From contig CAYPHL010000001.1 in assembly GCA_964410385.1 (NCBI GenBank), positions 5,485-69,484 on the forward strand: 64,000 bases of DNA, given 5' to 3'. Under the pieces are notes generated by a model. That model searched no databases. It had not been told where the DNA came from and was given only the letters and a program-made list of their open reading frames with translations. Each line of letters starts with the position of its first letter. Position 1 is the stretch's first letter. The translations under genes were made by a program, and so were the position numbers. This DNA is from an uncultured Rikenellaceae bacterium. Lineage in GTDB: Bacteria; Bacteroidota; Bacteroidia; Bacteroidales; VadinHA17. Shown here piece by piece: positions 51,741-62,115 of this stretch.

Positions 51741-52988
51741 TTAAAATTCAGCTTTTCTGATAACAATAGAAGCATTATGACCGCCGAACCCGAAAGTATT
51801 GCTGAGAGCAGCATTGATCTTTCTGGGTTGTGCTTTGTTGGGCGTAATATTAAGTTTCTGGTCTATCTGAGGATCAGGAACCTTAAAGTTAATAGTCGGA
51901 GGGACAATATCATAAAGGGTGGCCAGAATAGTTGCTATTGCTTCCACAGCGCCTGCTGCACCCAGAAGGTGCCCTGTCATCGATTTTGTCGCACTCAGAT
52001 TCAAATTGTAGGAATGTTCCCCGAAGACTGCGAGGATCGCTTTTACTTCGGAAATATCCCCGAGGGGTGTGGCTGTTCCGTGGACATTAATATAATCAAT
52101 GTCCTCCGGTTTAAGACCTGCATCCGATACAGCTATTTTCATTACGTCGCGGGCACCTGTTCCTTCAGGATGAGGTGCGGTAAGATGGAATGCATCAGCT
52201 GTCATGCCTGTACCAGCCAGTTCAGCATATATCTTTGCTCCTCTTGCCCTGGCATGTTCCAGATCTTCAACAATTATGGCTCCGCCTCCTTCTCCCATGA
52301 CAAATCCATCGCGGGTAAGATCAAAAGGACGTGATGCTGTCAGGTATTCAGCATTGTTGGTTGACATGGCCATCATGGCATTGAAGCCGCCTATTCCGGG
52401 TTCATTTATTGCAGCCTCCGAGCCTCCTGTAATAAAGATATCAGCTTTGCCCAGTTTAATATAGTTAACCGCGTCGATCAAAGCATGTGTCGAAGAGGCG
52501 CATGCGGAAACAGTGGCAAAATTCGGACCCCTGAACCCATATTTGATTGATATGGACCCCGATGCAATATTACCTATCATCTTTGGAATGAAAAAAGGAC
52601 TGAACCTTGGTGTTCCATCCCCCTGAACAAAACCTTTGATCTGATCATAAAAAGTACAAAGCCCTCCTATCCCTGACGACCAGATCACACCGACACGATC
52701 CTTGTTGATACTGTTCAGGTCGATACCTGAATCAGCAATTGCTTCATCGCATGATATATGTGCATACTGTGAATAAAGGTCAAGCTTGTTGGCCTCTTTT
52801 CTGTCGAAATACTTTGAAGAGTCGTAACCTTTTACTTCGCAGGCAAATTTGGTCTTGAACTTTTCAGTATTGAAGCGGGTTATCAGGCCCGCTCCGCTTA
52901 TACCGTTTTGTAATCCTTCCCAAAATTCATGCAAATTCTTCCCCAATGGAGTTAAGGCTCCAAGTCCGGTAACAACAACTCTTCTCAT
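51741..52988 (-). CDS. fabF: Beta-ketoacyl-ACP synthase II
   Basis: Active-site region TVSACASS, the HGTATPLGD histidine and NTFGFGGHN. Confidence 0.96.
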   Translation of the reverse strand: MRRVVVTGLGALTPLGKNLHEFWEGLQNGISGAGLITRFNTEKFKTKFACEVKGYDSSKYFDRKEANKLDLYSQYAHISCDEAIADSGIDLNSINKDRVGVIWSSGIGGLCTFYDQIKGFVQGDGTPRFSPFFIPKMIGNIASGSISIKYGFRGPNFATVSACASSTHALIDAVNYIKLGKADIFITGGSEAAINEPGIGGFNAMMAMSTNNAEYLTASRPFDLTRDGFVMGEGGGAIIVEDLEHARARGAKIYAELAGTGMTADAFHLTAPHPEGTGARDVMKIAVSDAGLKPEDIDYINVHGTATPLGDISEVKAILAVFGEHSYNLNLSATKSMTGHLLGAAGAVEAIATILATLYDIVPPTINFKVPDPQIDQKLNITPNKAQPRKINAALSNTFGFGGHNASIVIRKAEF

Positions 52989-53012
52989 AAATGGGATATT
53001 TTCAATGCAAAT

Positions 53013-53249
53013 CTATTTTGCATTCTCCTCGATGTACTTTATTGCATCTCCAACGGTGCTGATGGTTTCTGCCTGATCATCAGGAATCCCTATGTTAAAT
53101 TCCTTTTCAAATTCCATGATCAGTTCAACAGTGTCAAGAGAGTCAGCTCCCAGATCATTGGTAAAACTTGCTTCGGGAGTTACTTCCGATTCATCAACTC
53201 CGAGTTTGTCTACAATAATCTCTTTTACTCTTGTCGCAATGTCAGACAT
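53013..53249 (-). CDS. acpP: Acyl carrier protein
   Basis: 78 aa with the [16 protein letters not shown] phosphopantetheine site. Confidence 0.97.
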   Translation of the reverse strand: MSDIATRVKEIIVDKLGVDESEVTPEASFTNDLGADSLDTVELIMEFEKEFNIGIPDDQAETISTVGDAIKYIEENAK

Positions 53250-53431
53250 AATGATAAATTTTAATTAATATTAAGTTATGAACCCTGCAAAGAAATATAT
53301 TTGTACTTTATTTTTCAAATGATTTTGGGATTTTTATTTTCTGTAATAGATATCAAGCAGGTAATCAGTAAGATAAACTTAAAATTCCCTTCAGGAAACA
53401 ACTTTTCCCGATAATTTATAAGTGTCATATA

Positions 53432-54004
53432 ATGAAGAATATAGCAATATTTGCTTCCGGGACCGGTACAAATGCTGAAAACATAATTAATTACTTTTCG
53501 ACCAGAAACAGCGCCAAAGTGGTTCTTGTTTTATCAAATCGTCGTGAAGCCGGCGTACTTAAAAGGGCAGAAGCTCTGGGAGTCAATACATATATTTTCG
53601 ACCGGAATGATTTTTATGTCAGCGGGTCAGTACTGAAACATCTGTTGCAGAGCCGTATTGATTTTATAGTTCTGGCCGGCTTCCTGTGGCTGGTTCCGGA
53701 TAATATAATAAATCACTTTGAAGGCAGACTGGTTAATATACATCCGGCTCTGCTGCCTGCATATGGTGGAAAAGGGATGTATGGCGACAGGGTTCACAGG
53801 GCTGTTATTGAGAACAAAGACAGGGAATCGGGTATTACGATTCATTTCGTGAACAATAAATATGATGAGGGGGATATAGTCTTTCAGGCAAAGTGCAAGG
53901 TAGGAAGGTCAGACACGCCTGATTCTCTGGCTGCGAGGATACATGCACTCGAATACAGGTATTTCCCTGAAATAATTGAGAAGCTGATCCTTGAGATGGA
54001 ATGA
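53432..54004 (+). CDS. purN: Phosphoribosylglycinamide formyltransferase
   Basis: IAIFASGTGTNAENI…LAGFLWLV…NIHPALLP…ESGITIHFV. Confidence 0.93.
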   Translation: MKNIAIFASGTGTNAENIINYFSTRNSAKVVLVLSNRREAGVLKRAEALGVNTYIFDRNDFYVSGSVLKHLLQSRIDFIVLAGFLWLVPDNIINHFEGRLVNIHPALLPAYGGKGMYGDRVHRAVIENKDRESGITIHFVNNKYDEGDIVFQAKCKVGRSDTPDSLAARIHALEYRYFPEIIEKLILEME

Positions 54005-54008
54005 ATGA

Positions 54009-55259
54009 TCAGAATGAAGCCAGCAGTGCTTCGACAACTCTTTTGTTTTTCTCAAATCTTGCCAGGTTCTCTTCAAGTACCGGTTCAACGGGAGGCGCTT
54101 CGATTGTAAGGGGATCAACCGGAGAGCCGTTTTTATAGAATCTGAAATCGAGATGCGGACCTGAAGAAAGGCCGCTGCTGCCTACATAACCTATAATATC
54201 TCCCTGTTTAACGAATGTACCTGCCATAATTCCCGGTCCGAACCTGCTGAGGTGCAGGTAGGCTGTTGCATATACACTGTTATGCACTATCCTTACAACT
54301 CTTCCTGAGCCGCTTTCTGTTGTTGCTGCAGTTACCCTGCCGTCTCCTATCGCATGAACCGGTGTGCCGATTGGTGCCGCATAATCAACTCCGTAATGAG
54401 GCCGGCGGATCCTGAGAATAGGATGCAGTCTTGAAGAAGAATACCGGGAACTGATCCTTGAGAACTGAAGAGGGGCTTTCAGGAATGCCTTTCTCAGGCT
54501 GTTTCCAGTACTGTCGTAATAACTTTCCGTGCCGTTCTGGATGAAAGGTATTGCCAGCGTAGTTTTTCCTGCCCATGTAAATTGTGCACCGAAAATCCTT
54601 CCTATGCCCTGTGATTTATCATTGATGAATAGCTCTTCATAAATTACCCTGAAGCTGTCACCTTTCTGAAGACCAAAAAAATCAACTGTCCAGGCATAGA
54701 TCTCTGAAAGGCTTACTGCGAGCATGGGATGAAGGCTGTCAGCCATCATTGCCTCCCATAGTGATGTCTCAATCGTTCCTGAAGAATACCTGATCTCCGA
54801 TGTGATCTTCTGTCTGAACGGAGTTATATTCAGAGAATCCCGGAAACTGAATATATAGCTTGTTGCAGGTTCATGTTCATAGATCAGATACCCGGCCCTT
54901 CCGGCTGAATCATTATCGCAAAGGAGAAAATAGTTATTTCCTGCCCTGATCTTTCTGACATCAAAAACATCCGCAGAATTTCTGATCACTTCATCGATTT
55001 CCGGCATTGTAATGCCATGCTCCAGAAGAATCTGTGACAGTATGCCATTACGTTTTATCTTTCCCGAAACCAGGTTAAATGAATCTGCAGGTATGCCAAA
55101 AAACAGATTCACAGGTTTTTTTTCTTCCGGGTTAGCAGGAATTGTGTCAAACTCCAGTGTGTGGGCCACGGGTTCATTTAAATTGACACATGATACTGGT
55201 GAAATAATAAGTATGATGATTAACAGGGTTTTATACAAAAATGACATTCCGGGCAGCAT
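54009..55259 (-). CDS. M23 family metallopeptidase
   Basis: C-terminal HYGVDYAAPIGTPV…GYVGSSGLSSGPHLDF (HxxxD…HxH motifs). N-terminal signal/anchor. Confidence 0.9.
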   Translation of the reverse strand: MLPGMSFLYKTLLIIILIISPVSCVNLNEPVAHTLEFDTIPANPEEKKPVNLFFGIPADSFNLVSGKIKRNGILSQILLEHGITMPEIDEVIRNSADVFDVRKIRAGNNYFLLCDNDSAGRAGYLIYEHEPATSYIFSFRDSLNITPFRQKITSEIRYSSGTIETSLWEAMMADSLHPMLAVSLSEIYAWTVDFFGLQKGDSFRVIYEELFINDKSQGIGRIFGAQFTWAGKTTLAIPFIQNGTESYYDSTGNSLRKAFLKAPLQFSRISSRYSSSRLHPILRIRRPHYGVDYAAPIGTPVHAIGDGRVTAATTESGSGRVVRIVHNSVYATAYLHLSRFGPGIMAGTFVKQGDIIGYVGSSGLSSGPHLDFRFYKNGSPVDPLTIEAPPVEPVLEENLARFEKNKRVVEALLASF

Positions 55260-57922
55260 TAATTCTTAATGACAACATTCACAATACGGTTTGGTACAAC
55301 AATAATATTTGTCATGGTACCTGTAGCCAGCCACTTTTTTGCTCTTTCATCTTCAAGGACGATCCTGCTGATCTCATCCTTTGACATTGTAACCGGCAGC
55401 TCTATCTTAAACCTGAGTTTGCCATTAAAAGATACGGGATATTCAAAGACTTCTTCCTTCAGGTAATCCTCGTTTACCTGCGGCCAGGGTTCATATGCAA
55501 CTGTATTCCTGTTTCCGAGGATATTCCAGAGTTCTTCGGCCAGATGCGGAGCGAACGGGGAAAGTATCCTGGTGAAAATCCCGGCCGTTCCGGCAGTGAC
55601 CTTCCCTTTTTTTGTTGCCTGATTAAGGAAAATCATCATGGCAGAAATGGCTGTATTGAACCGCAGATTATCTATATCAGATTCTACCTTTCTTATCGCC
55701 TGATGCAATCCTTTAAGTATTTCGGGGTCTTCATCTCCTGGGGTTATATTTTCAGGATTTGAGAAGAACCTGAATGTTCTTCCGAGGAAATTGAATACAC
55801 CTTTTACTCCTTTATCATCCCATGGCTTTGTCACATCAAGCGGACCCATGAACATTTCATAAAGTCTGAGTGAGTCGGCGCCGTACTTTGAAACGACATC
55901 ATCGGGATTGACGACATTTTTTAGTGATTTAGACATTTTTGCAACGATCTGCCTCACTTCCGACCCGTTTTCCGTGTTGAAGAATTTCCCGTTACGTTCT
56001 TCAATTATATCTGCTGCTACTTTTGCTCCCGTTTCATTTTCGTAAGCATATGCAAGTATCATCCCCTGGTTGAAGAGCTTCTGGTAAGGCTCATCAGTCG
56101 AAACAATTCCGAGATCATACAGCACTTTATGCCAGAACCGGCTGTAGAGCAGGTGGAGGACAGCATGTTCCGCTCCTCCTATATAGATATCGACAGGCAT
56201 CCAGTATTTTTCCTTTTCAGGATCGAAGATTCTTTTATCATTGGAGGGATCGATATAACGCAGATAATACCAGCATGATCCTGCCCACTGTGGCATGGTA
56301 TTGGTTTCACGTCTTCCTTTTCTTCCGGATTTATCTTTTACAGTGAGCCAGTCTTCTGCATTTGCCAGAGGGGATTCCCCGGTCTCCCCCGGAAGATATT
56401 TTTCCATTTCGGGTAACTGCAGCGGAAGTTCTGATTCATCGAGCAGGGTGATCTCACCATCTTCCCAGTGGATCACCGGGAATGGCTCACCCCAGTACCT
56501 CTGCCGGCTGAAAAGCCAGTCTCTCAGCTTATAGTTGATCTTAGCCTTTCCTATATTTTTCGATTCGAGCCAGTCTGTGATCTTCGCTATACCGGCTTCC
56601 TTATTCAGACCGTTTATATCGATCCCTGTAAGCTTGTCTGATGAATTAATATATCTGCCGTCTTCGGTCCAGCATTCTTTTCCTTTAATGATCCTCTCTT
56701 TCTGTTCTTTATCTGAAACATCAGGATCCTGGATACATATGATCGGAAGACTGAATTTCTCAGCGAATTCAAAGTCACGGGTATCGTGTGCCGGAACAGC
56801 CATTATCGCACCGGTGCCATAGCCTGTCAGGACATAATCAGCCACCCAGACCGGAATTTTCTTATGATTGACAGGGTTGATTGCATACCTGCCGGTAAAG
56901 ACACCTGTTTTTTCTTTTGCCAGGTCAGTACGGTCAAGATCGGATTTAAGTGAAGCAGCCCTGATATAGTTTTCCACTTCTGCAATATGGCCGGCTGTTG
57001 TTATCCGTTTTGTCAGCGGATGTTCCGGAGCGATAACCATATAGGTTGCACCGAAGAGTGTGTCGGGCCTCGTGGTAAAAACCCTCAGTACCTCATCAAT
57101 TCCGTCGAGCCTGAAATCGACTTCTGCCCCTGTGGAACGGCCTATCCAGTTCCTCTGCATTTCCTTTATCCCTTCCGGCCAGTCGAGATCATCGATACCT
57201 TTAAGCAGCCTTTCAGCATAAAGAGGTATCCGCAGCATCCACTGCTTCAGATTTTTCTTTTCAACCCTGTTCCCGCATTTCTCATGTGTTCCGTCATAGA
57301 GGACCTCTTCATTGGCACAAACTATCCTGCAGTCGGGGCACCACCATACCATCGCGTTGTCATAGTAGGCCAGCCTCTTTGAATCGATATACCTGTTTAA
57401 CTCTATCCTTCCTGCTTTCTTAATTTCTTCGGGGACCGGTAATTCTGAAACCGGCCGGCCTTTCTGAAGTTTTTCGTCAAACCAGGTATTATAAAGCTGA
57501 ATAAAGATCCACTGTGTCCACTTGAAATATCCGGGATCTGTTGTATTTATTTCTCTTTCCCAGTCATAGCTAAGTCCCAGTTCCTTTATCTGTCGTCTGA
57601 ATGTATCACAGTTCCTTTTTGTTGTGACAGACGGATGGGTTCCGGTTTGAATGGCATATTGTTCTGCAGGCAGACCGAAAGCATCCCAGCCCATCGGATG
57701 AAGGACATTGAATCCTTTCATTCTTTTATACCTGCTGATGATATCGGTGGCTGTATAACCTTCAGGATGACCAACATGCAATCCGGCACCCGAAGGATAG
57801 GGGAACATGTCAAGTATATAGCATTTCTTTGGATTGGTTAAATCGTCCGGAGTCCTGAATGTTTTATTATCCTCCCAGTAATGTTGCCACTTTTTTTCGA
57901 TATCACGGAAGTTGTATTCCAT
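55259..57922 (-). CDS. leuS: Leucine--tRNA ligase
   Basis: HVGH (HIGH) motif [16 protein letters not shown] and KMSKS motif [10 protein letters not shown]. Its stop overlaps the M23 gene start (TAATG). Confidence 0.97.
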   Translation of the reverse strand: MEYNFRDIEKKWQHYWEDNKTFRTPDDLTNPKKCYILDMFPYPSGAGLHVGHPEGYTATDIISRYKRMKGFNVLHPMGWDAFGLPAEQYAIQTGTHPSVTTKRNCDTFRRQIKELGLSYDWEREINTTDPGYFKWTQWIFIQLYNTWFDEKLQKGRPVSELPVPEEIKKAGRIELNRYIDSKRLAYYDNAMVWWCPDCRIVCANEEVLYDGTHEKCGNRVEKKNLKQWMLRIPLYAERLLKGIDDLDWPEGIKEMQRNWIGRSTGAEVDFRLDGIDEVLRVFTTRPDTLFGATYMVIAPEHPLTKRITTAGHIAEVENYIRAASLKSDLDRTDLAKEKTGVFTGRYAINPVNHKKIPVWVADYVLTGYGTGAIMAVPAHDTRDFEFAEKFSLPIICIQDPDVSDKEQKERIIKGKECWTEDGRYINSSDKLTGIDINGLNKEAGIAKITDWLESKNIGKAKINYKLRDWLFSRQRYWGEPFPVIHWEDGEITLLDESELPLQLPEMEKYLPGETGESPLANAEDWLTVKDKSGRKGRRETNTMPQWAGSCWYYLRYIDPSNDKRIFDPEKEKYWMPVDIYIGGAEHAVLHLLYSRFWHKVLYDLGIVSTDEPYQKLFNQGMILAYAYENETGAKVAADIIEERNGKFFNTENGSEVRQIVAKMSKSLKNVVNPDDVVSKYGADSLRLYEMFMGPLDVTKPWDDKGVKGVFNFLGRTFRFFSNPENITPGDEDPEILKGLHQAIRKVESDIDNLRFNTAISAMMIFLNQATKKGKVTAGTAGIFTRILSPFAPHLAEELWNILGNRNTVAYEPWPQVNEDYLKEEVFEYPVSFNGKLRFKIELPVTMSKDEISRIVLEDERAKKWLATGTMTNIIVVPNRIVNVVIKN

Positions 57923-57951
57923 TGTGCGGTTAATTAGTTGGTTTGTTACTT

Positions 57952-58000
57952 AGACCGACTTCGGTCTTCCGACTTCGGTCTTCGGTCCTCGGTCTTTTTT
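57952..58000. repeat. Short-period (7-nt, TCGGTCT-type) repeat with CTTCGG hairpins ending in a T6 run
   Basis: agaccgacttcggtcttccgacttcggtcttcggtcctcggtctttttt. AGACCGA and TCGGTCT are complementary. Confidence 0.75.
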
Positions 58001-58071
58001 CCCGGAGTGCGAAAATATGAAATCTTTGGGAATGCGTTACACAATAAGTTGCAAAACCCGGCTTTTGGTTA

Positions 58072-58079
58072 TATTTTTG
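58072..58079 (+). promoter_or_regulatory. Candidate -7 box (TAnnTTTG) for the tRNA-Arg gene
   Basis: TATTTTTG lies 14 nt upstream of the tRNA 5' end, with a GTTG ~20 nt further upstream. Confidence 0.35.
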
Positions 58080-58092
58080 CGGTGAAATTACC

Positions 58093-58168
58093 GGTCCCGT
58101 AGTTCAATGGATAGAATGACAGATTCCGGTTCTGTTGGTTGAGAGTTCGAGTCTCTCCGGGATCACCA
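58093..58168 (+). tRNA. tRNA-Arg (anticodon CCG), CCA encoded
   Basis: Hand-folded cloverleaf. Acceptor GGTCCCG/CGGGATC, D-arm GTTC/GAAT, anticodon stem ACAGA/TCTGT with loop TTCCGGT, T-arm GAGAG-TTCGAGT-CTCTC, discriminator A, then CCA. Confidence 0.9.
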
Positions 58169-58203
58169 GATATTCAGATAGTTAGATAATAGAGTTGATT
58201 TTT

Positions 58204-58626
58204 CTAAGGTAAAATCCGTTTAAAGACATAGTAGAATATCCTCTTGTAGGCGCTTCCCTGATCCTGCCATTCACTTGTGAAATCCATCGTAAGCGAATTT
58301 TCAGTTACTACGAACTTCGCTCCCCTTGTGTTATTTCCTTCAATCAGTGAAAAAACGTCATCCTCAACCTTCCAGCCCCAGGTTTTATCAAGGCTGCTGT
58401 ATTTATAAGTTTTACAGGTTCCGCCATCAAGAATTTCCATTACGAATTCTTCTGATTTATAAGTATAGGTTGAATCGTGGACAAGCTGATTGTTCTTATA
58501 ATCTACAGTTCGTTCGGAAATTCCTTCCCACTGACCAAGTATCAGATCGGATTCCTCCTTCTCGCAACTTGTAAAAGAAACCAGCAGTAACAGGAAGAGG
58601 AATATAGCTGATGACAGTTTTTTCAT
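58204..58626 (-). CDS. Hypothetical lipoprotein (lipocalin-like size)
   Basis: Lipobox signal MKKLSSAIFLFLLLLVSFTSC. 140 aa, beta-rich, with no recognisable motif. Confidence 0.6.
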   Translation of the reverse strand: MKKLSSAIFLFLLLLVSFTSCEKEESDLILGQWEGISERTVDYKNNQLVHDSTYTYKSEEFVMEILDGGTCKTYKYSSLDKTWGWKVEDDVFSLIEGNNTRGAKFVVTENSLTMDFTSEWQDQGSAYKRIFYYVFKRILP

Positions 58627-58663
58627 GATAAGTGATTATTTTCAGCAAAGGTATTAATTCATT

Positions 58664-59233
58664 TTACAACTGCAGCAATCCCGGCGAATTAAGGATCCTC
58701 ATCTGTTTTCTTCTCAGGCTGATAAGATCCTTTAATTCGATAGCCATATTTTCATTGACCTCTTCAGCCATCGGGAGTACGTATTTCTCTGTCTGATCCA
58801 GATATTCACACATCTTCTTTCTTTCGTACTGATCGCGGTGAAGATCAGTAAGATTGCTTATCCTGTCAGCAACCTTTAGTATTTTAGCATTTGTGGATCC
58901 GTGCTCGAGGATTCTCTTAAGGTAGGTTGTTTTGGACATTCCCTTCGGCCTGGTTACCTCGAGAACCAGATCAACAACCTGATTTGCCTGATTATCAATG
59001 GAACGGATTTCATCCTCATTGGTTTCCGGTATGTCCTCGAACAGGTCATGGATCACGGAAGCTTTCAGAAGTACGTAGTTATCAAATAGTTTATAATCAA
59101 AAATTATTCCCATTGTAGCTATTTGATGTCTGAACATATTTCCCCCGGTCACCCTGCGCTTACCTATCAGGGCTGTTGCTTTGATTATATAAGGAGCCAG
59201 TACAAGGTTTCTTAATTTTTCTGTTGCGTCCAT
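58664..59233 (-). CDS. HD-domain hydrolase of the RelA/SpoT (Mesh1/small alarmone hydrolase-like, HD_4) type
   Basis: FRHQIATMGI…ASVIHDLFEDIPE…VVDLVLEVT…AKILKVADRISNLTDL reproduces the H…HDxxED…D…N pattern of RSH hydrolase domains. Confidence 0.7.
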   Translation of the reverse strand: MDATEKLRNLVLAPYIIKATALIGKRRVTGGNMFRHQIATMGIIFDYKLFDNYVLLKASVIHDLFEDIPETNEDEIRSIDNQANQVVDLVLEVTRPKGMSKTTYLKRILEHGSTNAKILKVADRISNLTDLHRDQYERKKMCEYLDQTEKYVLPMAEEVNENMAIELKDLISLRRKQMRILNSPGLLQL

Positions 59234-59306
59234 CGGATTATAAGTTTAGTGATGTAAATTTATTAAAATTGAATGAAGTGTTTCTTTTTAGCTGTTCAGA
59301 ACAGAT

Positions 59307-59768
59307 TCAGCCCATTCTGGCAAGGATGACCTTCCAGATATTTTCAGTCATTTTGTCGAGTTTAATATCTGACTCTGATTTCAATAACCGGGCTTTGATG
59401 AAGTAGTCCCTGGATTTTTTATCATCGCCCCTGTAATGAAGGTTTATAAGTGCAATAAGCAACCGGATAGCTGCTTCCGGATCATCCCCGGCTCTTGCCA
59501 GGGCTTTCGTAAGGATTGATTCAGCCTCTCCTACCATTCTGACTTCGGAAGCAATCATAATATCATTGACAAGAACAGAGATAAGAATCTTTTCCTGTGC
59601 TTCATCCAGGCGAAATCCTTTTCTCCATAGCAGAATGATGTCAGCAGGAGTGGGTTTCTTACGTTTCGCGTCCCGGTACAAAAGTGAATCTAAAGGGATA
59701 TCATCAAAATAGATCTCCTTTCTGTGAAGGTGTTCTTCAAAAGGTTCAGGATGATCGAAATCGTCCAT
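59307..59768 (-). CDS. Hypothetical 153-aa protein (predicted helical), operon partner of the 780-aa protein
   Basis: The ORF starts 2 nt after the upstream stop. No motif recognised. Confidence 0.55.
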   Translation of the reverse strand: MDDFDHPEPFEEHLHRKEIYFDDIPLDSLLYRDAKRKKPTPADIILLWRKGFRLDEAQEKILISVLVNDIMIASEVRMVGEAESILTKALARAGDDPEAAIRLLIALINLHYRGDDKKSRDYFIKARLLKSESDIKLDKMTENIWKVILARMG

Positions 59769-59770
59769 AT

Positions 59771-62113
59771 TCAGTAATTTTTTTGTTTTTTAAGTTGAAG
59801 TTGCATGTAAAGCGGTAAAAGCTCAAAATACTTGTCAGCCTTTTGTCCGATGGCTTTTTCTGCCTCAGGAGTGTAAGTGAGACCATCCGGATCGGAGGCC
59901 CTGAGCATTATTCTTCTTCGCATTTCCGATACAAGCTGATCCGGGAAATAGTTAAGGGGGAGAAAGTCAATGCTAATTTTTCTTCTTCTCGCTTCAGTGT
60001 TCAGTTTATCAGGTATCCTGAGGGTTTTCGGTCCAATAACAACAAAACGTTCTTTCGTGTAGGGGATGGCAATCTGGATCAGAGTAGTAATCCAGTCTTT
60101 ATCCGAAAGTTCCAGGTTGAAATGTCTTTTGTAATAGCTGATAAGTGATGAAATCGAGGTATCGGTCATCAGGGGGCAACAGTTATAATCATTGTCCTCA
60201 AGCCATTGTGCGGCCTGTCTGGCGTTAATACATGGATTTCCCAGCACCGTGTAGCCATCAAGAAGATCAAAGGAATCGATATGACCGCGCATCGACGGAG
60301 GGATTGCATATTTCTTTACTCTGCTTATACTTGAGATAAAGCATCTCCCCTTTGCATTTGTTAAATTTTCGAACCTGGATCTGTTTTTAACATTTCCGGC
60401 CAGGTTGGTTCCGGCTATAAGCAAGGACCATACCGATGCCGGATCAGTCTTATCTTCATCAAAAATGAATACTGTTGGTTCAGGATGCTTTCCGTCAGGG
60501 GTAAATACTTTCTTTTCGGCAGATGGCTTTTTTATCATGATTTTTTTATCGCCGCTTATTACTGACCTCATTGTGGCTTTAATATCCAGACCGTTATATA
60601 ATGATCCTTCGAAGACAGCAGGATAAGGTTCCTCAGATCGGGTCCGGGCAACCCTGGATGCTTCATAAGCCAGGCCGAAGGTCAAAGCTTCGCAGGGTGG
60701 CCATACCCAGACATAATAGTTGCTTTTATGGTACTTTCTGTTTGGATCATCAGCCCAGCTCCAGGCACCGGGAGGAACAGATGATATGGAATTTGAATTG
60801 TGATAACGCAGTGTAAATGATTCTTCCTGATAGCCCGGGATTGTGTATGATCCATAATTGTCTTTCGCCGAATCAGTCAGAAGGAAATGATCGATCCCGG
60901 TTTTTCTTTCCGTATCCTCGTCATCCCGGGGCATCCCCGAAAGGAGCGGCAGATCAGGGAACTGTTTAAGGGAAGCCCACGGCCTGTCGGTATTCATAAG
61001 CCTGGACATAAGTAAACCGTTAAAACTATCCGGCATCATGTTTTCACTACATTCCATGATATCAGCCATTGATGGAGAGTGGTGCTGGCGGATGATACTA
61101 ATATTTGCAAGCAAACGTTCAAAATCAGGTATCTTTTCCATGCAATTTTTACTACTTCCTTTAATGCCTGAATTGCCATATTCCCGGTAGTATTCCTCAT
61201 AAGTTGTGTCAAGTATTCCGCGGAATAATTTGTTTGTATCAGGTAAATCAAATCTGAATTTAAAATTTCTCCGTGGGAAATGACGGGATTTTTCATACAG
61301 GGTGGTCATTACAGGGTAAATATCCATAAAAGCCAGAGCCATTAAAGGATGTATGACGCTCCTTTGTAATTTCAGATTTAAAGTCGGGAAAAGAATTTCA
61401 GCCGGTCTGACTGCAGGGTCGGAAAGGAGTTCTTTGATTTTTACCCAGTGTGCTATTCCACCTGTGACAAGGATTTTTTTATAGATCTCTGATATTCTTT
61501 TAAGGCGTGCCGCCATCACGAATTCCCTGCGGCTGTCTACATAAAGATCTCTTGTTTCTGCAGCATGGTTTTCATTTCCCGACACATAATTCAGAAGATT
61601 GAATGATGAATGTACGGGTTCTTCAACAAGCAGGATTTTATCAGGTTTGGCCGACATCTCATCCATATCTATTCCAAAAACAGGGATGTCAAGTTCGACA
61701 GAACAACGTATGGCTTCAATTATCGAGTCTGTTGCTGAGAGTGCTACCAGATATTTACCTGAAAAATAAAGCAGCTTTTTCAGGAGATCAGCAGAAATAC
61801 CCGACAATGGTTTGTAAAGGTTTTCCTGGAGATTCATAGCATTTTTTGCAAGGTCGGGGTGGATAAATCTGTTTTCAATCAATAATCCAAGCATACAGGG
61901 CAGCCAGGTTCCCGCTCTTCTGCTTATTCCGAGTTCTTTCATCCAGGTTACCAGTTCAGCGACTATATGCGGACCAAGCTCGACAGCAATTGCTTCTGGT
62001 CTCGTTTCCCTGGCTGAGCACAGATAATTCACCTCTCTGGCAAAAACTGCACGGTTGTGAATTGCGGGTACTCCAATTATTTCGCTTCGGTTGATCTTTA
62101 TTATCGGATACAT
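59771..62113 (-). CDS. 780-aa protein with N-terminal TraB/PrgY/GumN/Tiki-like (possibly DUF5682-related) domain and an uncharacterised ~540-aa C-terminal region
   Basis: Residues 14-19 GVPAIH, 41-48 AIAVELGP, 195-204 RREFVMAARL and 218-222 GGIAH parallel the TraB-family motifs GTAH, VAVEL, ERDxxMA and GAGH. Starts 2 nt after the AAA+ stop. Confidence 0.6.
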   Translation of the reverse strand: MYPIIKINRSEIIGVPAIHNRAVFAREVNYLCSARETRPEAIAVELGPHIVAELVTWMKELGISRRAGTWLPCMLGLLIENRFIHPDLAKNAMNLQENLYKPLSGISADLLKKLLYFSGKYLVALSATDSIIEAIRCSVELDIPVFGIDMDEMSAKPDKILLVEEPVHSSFNLLNYVSGNENHAAETRDLYVDSRREFVMAARLKRISEIYKKILVTGGIAHWVKIKELLSDPAVRPAEILFPTLNLKLQRSVIHPLMALAFMDIYPVMTTLYEKSRHFPRRNFKFRFDLPDTNKLFRGILDTTYEEYYREYGNSGIKGSSKNCMEKIPDFERLLANISIIRQHHSPSMADIMECSENMMPDSFNGLLMSRLMNTDRPWASLKQFPDLPLLSGMPRDDEDTERKTGIDHFLLTDSAKDNYGSYTIPGYQEESFTLRYHNSNSISSVPPGAWSWADDPNRKYHKSNYYVWVWPPCEALTFGLAYEASRVARTRSEEPYPAVFEGSLYNGLDIKATMRSVISGDKKIMIKKPSAEKKVFTPDGKHPEPTVFIFDEDKTDPASVWSLLIAGTNLAGNVKNRSRFENLTNAKGRCFISSISRVKKYAIPPSMRGHIDSFDLLDGYTVLGNPCINARQAAQWLEDNDYNCCPLMTDTSISSLISYYKRHFNLELSDKDWITTLIQIAIPYTKERFVVIGPKTLRIPDKLNTEARRRKISIDFLPLNYFPDQLVSEMRRRIMLRASDPDGLTYTPEAEKAIGQKADKYFELLPLYMQLQLKKQKNY

Positions 62114-62115
62114 GG

